A stretch of 64,000 bases of DNA. It comes from the human T2T-CHM13v2.0 reference genome, Homo sapiens. The stretch is taken from assembly GCF_009914755.1 (NCBI RefSeq), contig NC_060947.1, one strand, 5' to 3'. The translations under genes and the position numbers were made by a program. This document shows, piece by piece, positions 62,340-64,000 of the stretch (the first letter of the stretch is position 1; each line of letters begins with the position of its first letter). Below the pieces are notes generated by a model. That model did not search any database. It had not been told where the DNA came from and saw only the letters and a list, made by a program, of their open reading frames with translations.

Positions 62340-63013
62340 TTTTTTTTTTTTTTTTGAGATAGAGTCTTGCACTGTCATTCTGACTGGAGTGCAGTGGGGC
62401 AATCACGGCTCTCTGCAGCTTGACTTCTCAAGCTCGGGTGATTCTCCCACCTCAGTCCCCCACATAGCTAGGACTATAAGTACATGCAACCACACCTGGC
62501 TAATTTTTAAATTTTTTTTATAGAGAGGGGGTGATATGGTTTGGCTTTGTGTCCCCACCCGAATTTCATCTCAAATTGCAATCCCCACGTCAAGGGAGGG
62601 ACCTGGTGGGAGGTGACTGGCTCATGGGGGCAGTTTCCTCCTTGCTGGTCTTGTGATAGTGAATTGAGTTCTCACGAGATCTGATGGTTTAAAAGTATCA
62701 CTTCACCCTTCGTGCTCTCTCTCTCCTGCTCCACCATGGTAAAGACATGCTTGCTTCCCCTTTGCCTTCCGCCATGATTGTAAATTTCCCGAGGCCTCCC
62801 CAGCCATGCGAAACTGTGAGTCAATTAAACATATTTTTTTTAAAAAAATAAGTTACCCAGTCTCAGGTATGTCCTTATAGCAGTGTGAAAACAGACTAAT
62901 ACAGGGGACCTCACTATGTTGCCCAGGCTGGTCTCAAACTCCTGGGCGCAAGAGATCCACTTGCCTCGACCTCCCAAAGTGTTAGGATTACAGGCATGAG
63001 CCACTGCACTTGG
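62340..63013 (-). mobile_element. Alu (J-like) split by a MaLR LTR
   Basis: Right arm 62340-62531, left arm 62904-63013. Confidence 0.9.
62532..62903 (+). mobile_element. MSTA/THE1D-type solo LTR
   Basis: TGATATGGTTTGGCT...CAGACTAATACA; TSD GGGGG/GGGGA. Confidence 0.92.
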
Positions 63014-63344
63014 CTTCTTATACTTACTTTGAACCAACTTGTTCATCAGAAAATTGGGGCTTATGCTTTATAAGGTGGTTAGGAGAATACAAGGCAGGTA
63101 ATGTGTGTAAGTTGTCTAGCACTATAACACATATTACATACCTTGTAAAGGCTGAATCCTTCACTTTCCCTTCTGACTTGTCATTCTGGTGTCACTGTCA
63201 GATTCTATAGCACTCAAAAGAAGAAAAAAGGCTTTGTAAAGTCTTTTTTTAGACAGATAAAAATATATCTCCTCCCTTTGAAAAGTGGAACAAGTATAAC
63301 TGATATAAACACAACTTGCAAAAATCGATATTAAATTTTTGTTT

Positions 63345-64000
<656 letters not shown>

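Overview
Primate (human-like) genomic DNA, not microbial. A CpG island at ~2290-3200 holds a minus-strand promoter (CCAAT, full CRE, GC boxes) and a first exon whose only coding content is ATG-G before a GTAAG donor. This layout fits the distal first exon of GPM6B (proteolipid family, Xp22); the name is from recollection and cannot be proven from 4 coding bases. Bases 1-2757 are therefore intron 1. The other ~61 kb appear to be upstream intergenic DNA dominated by interspersed repeats: 28 Alus, L1PA and older L1M fragments, L2/MIR, MaLR LTRs (THE1, MST, MLT1), MLT2 and LTR16, an ERV1 MER57-like fragment, and hAT MITEs (MER5A, MER20, MER58, MER3). The long ORFs in the track are L1, Alu, simple-repeat or CpG-island artefacts. 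I found no new protein-coding system. The best oddities are: (1) a TSD-flanked L1PA that ends with an A-tail just after the RT catalytic motif; (2) an ERV env+U3 fragment ending in an A-tail that looks L1-retrocopied; (3) a twin-primed L1 with a multi-kb deletion; (4) a near-perfect 56-bp tandem duplication of an octamer/SOX motif; (5) a 31-bp hairpin tandem duplication. Repeat subfamily names and ancient repeat boundaries are approximate calls made by eye.
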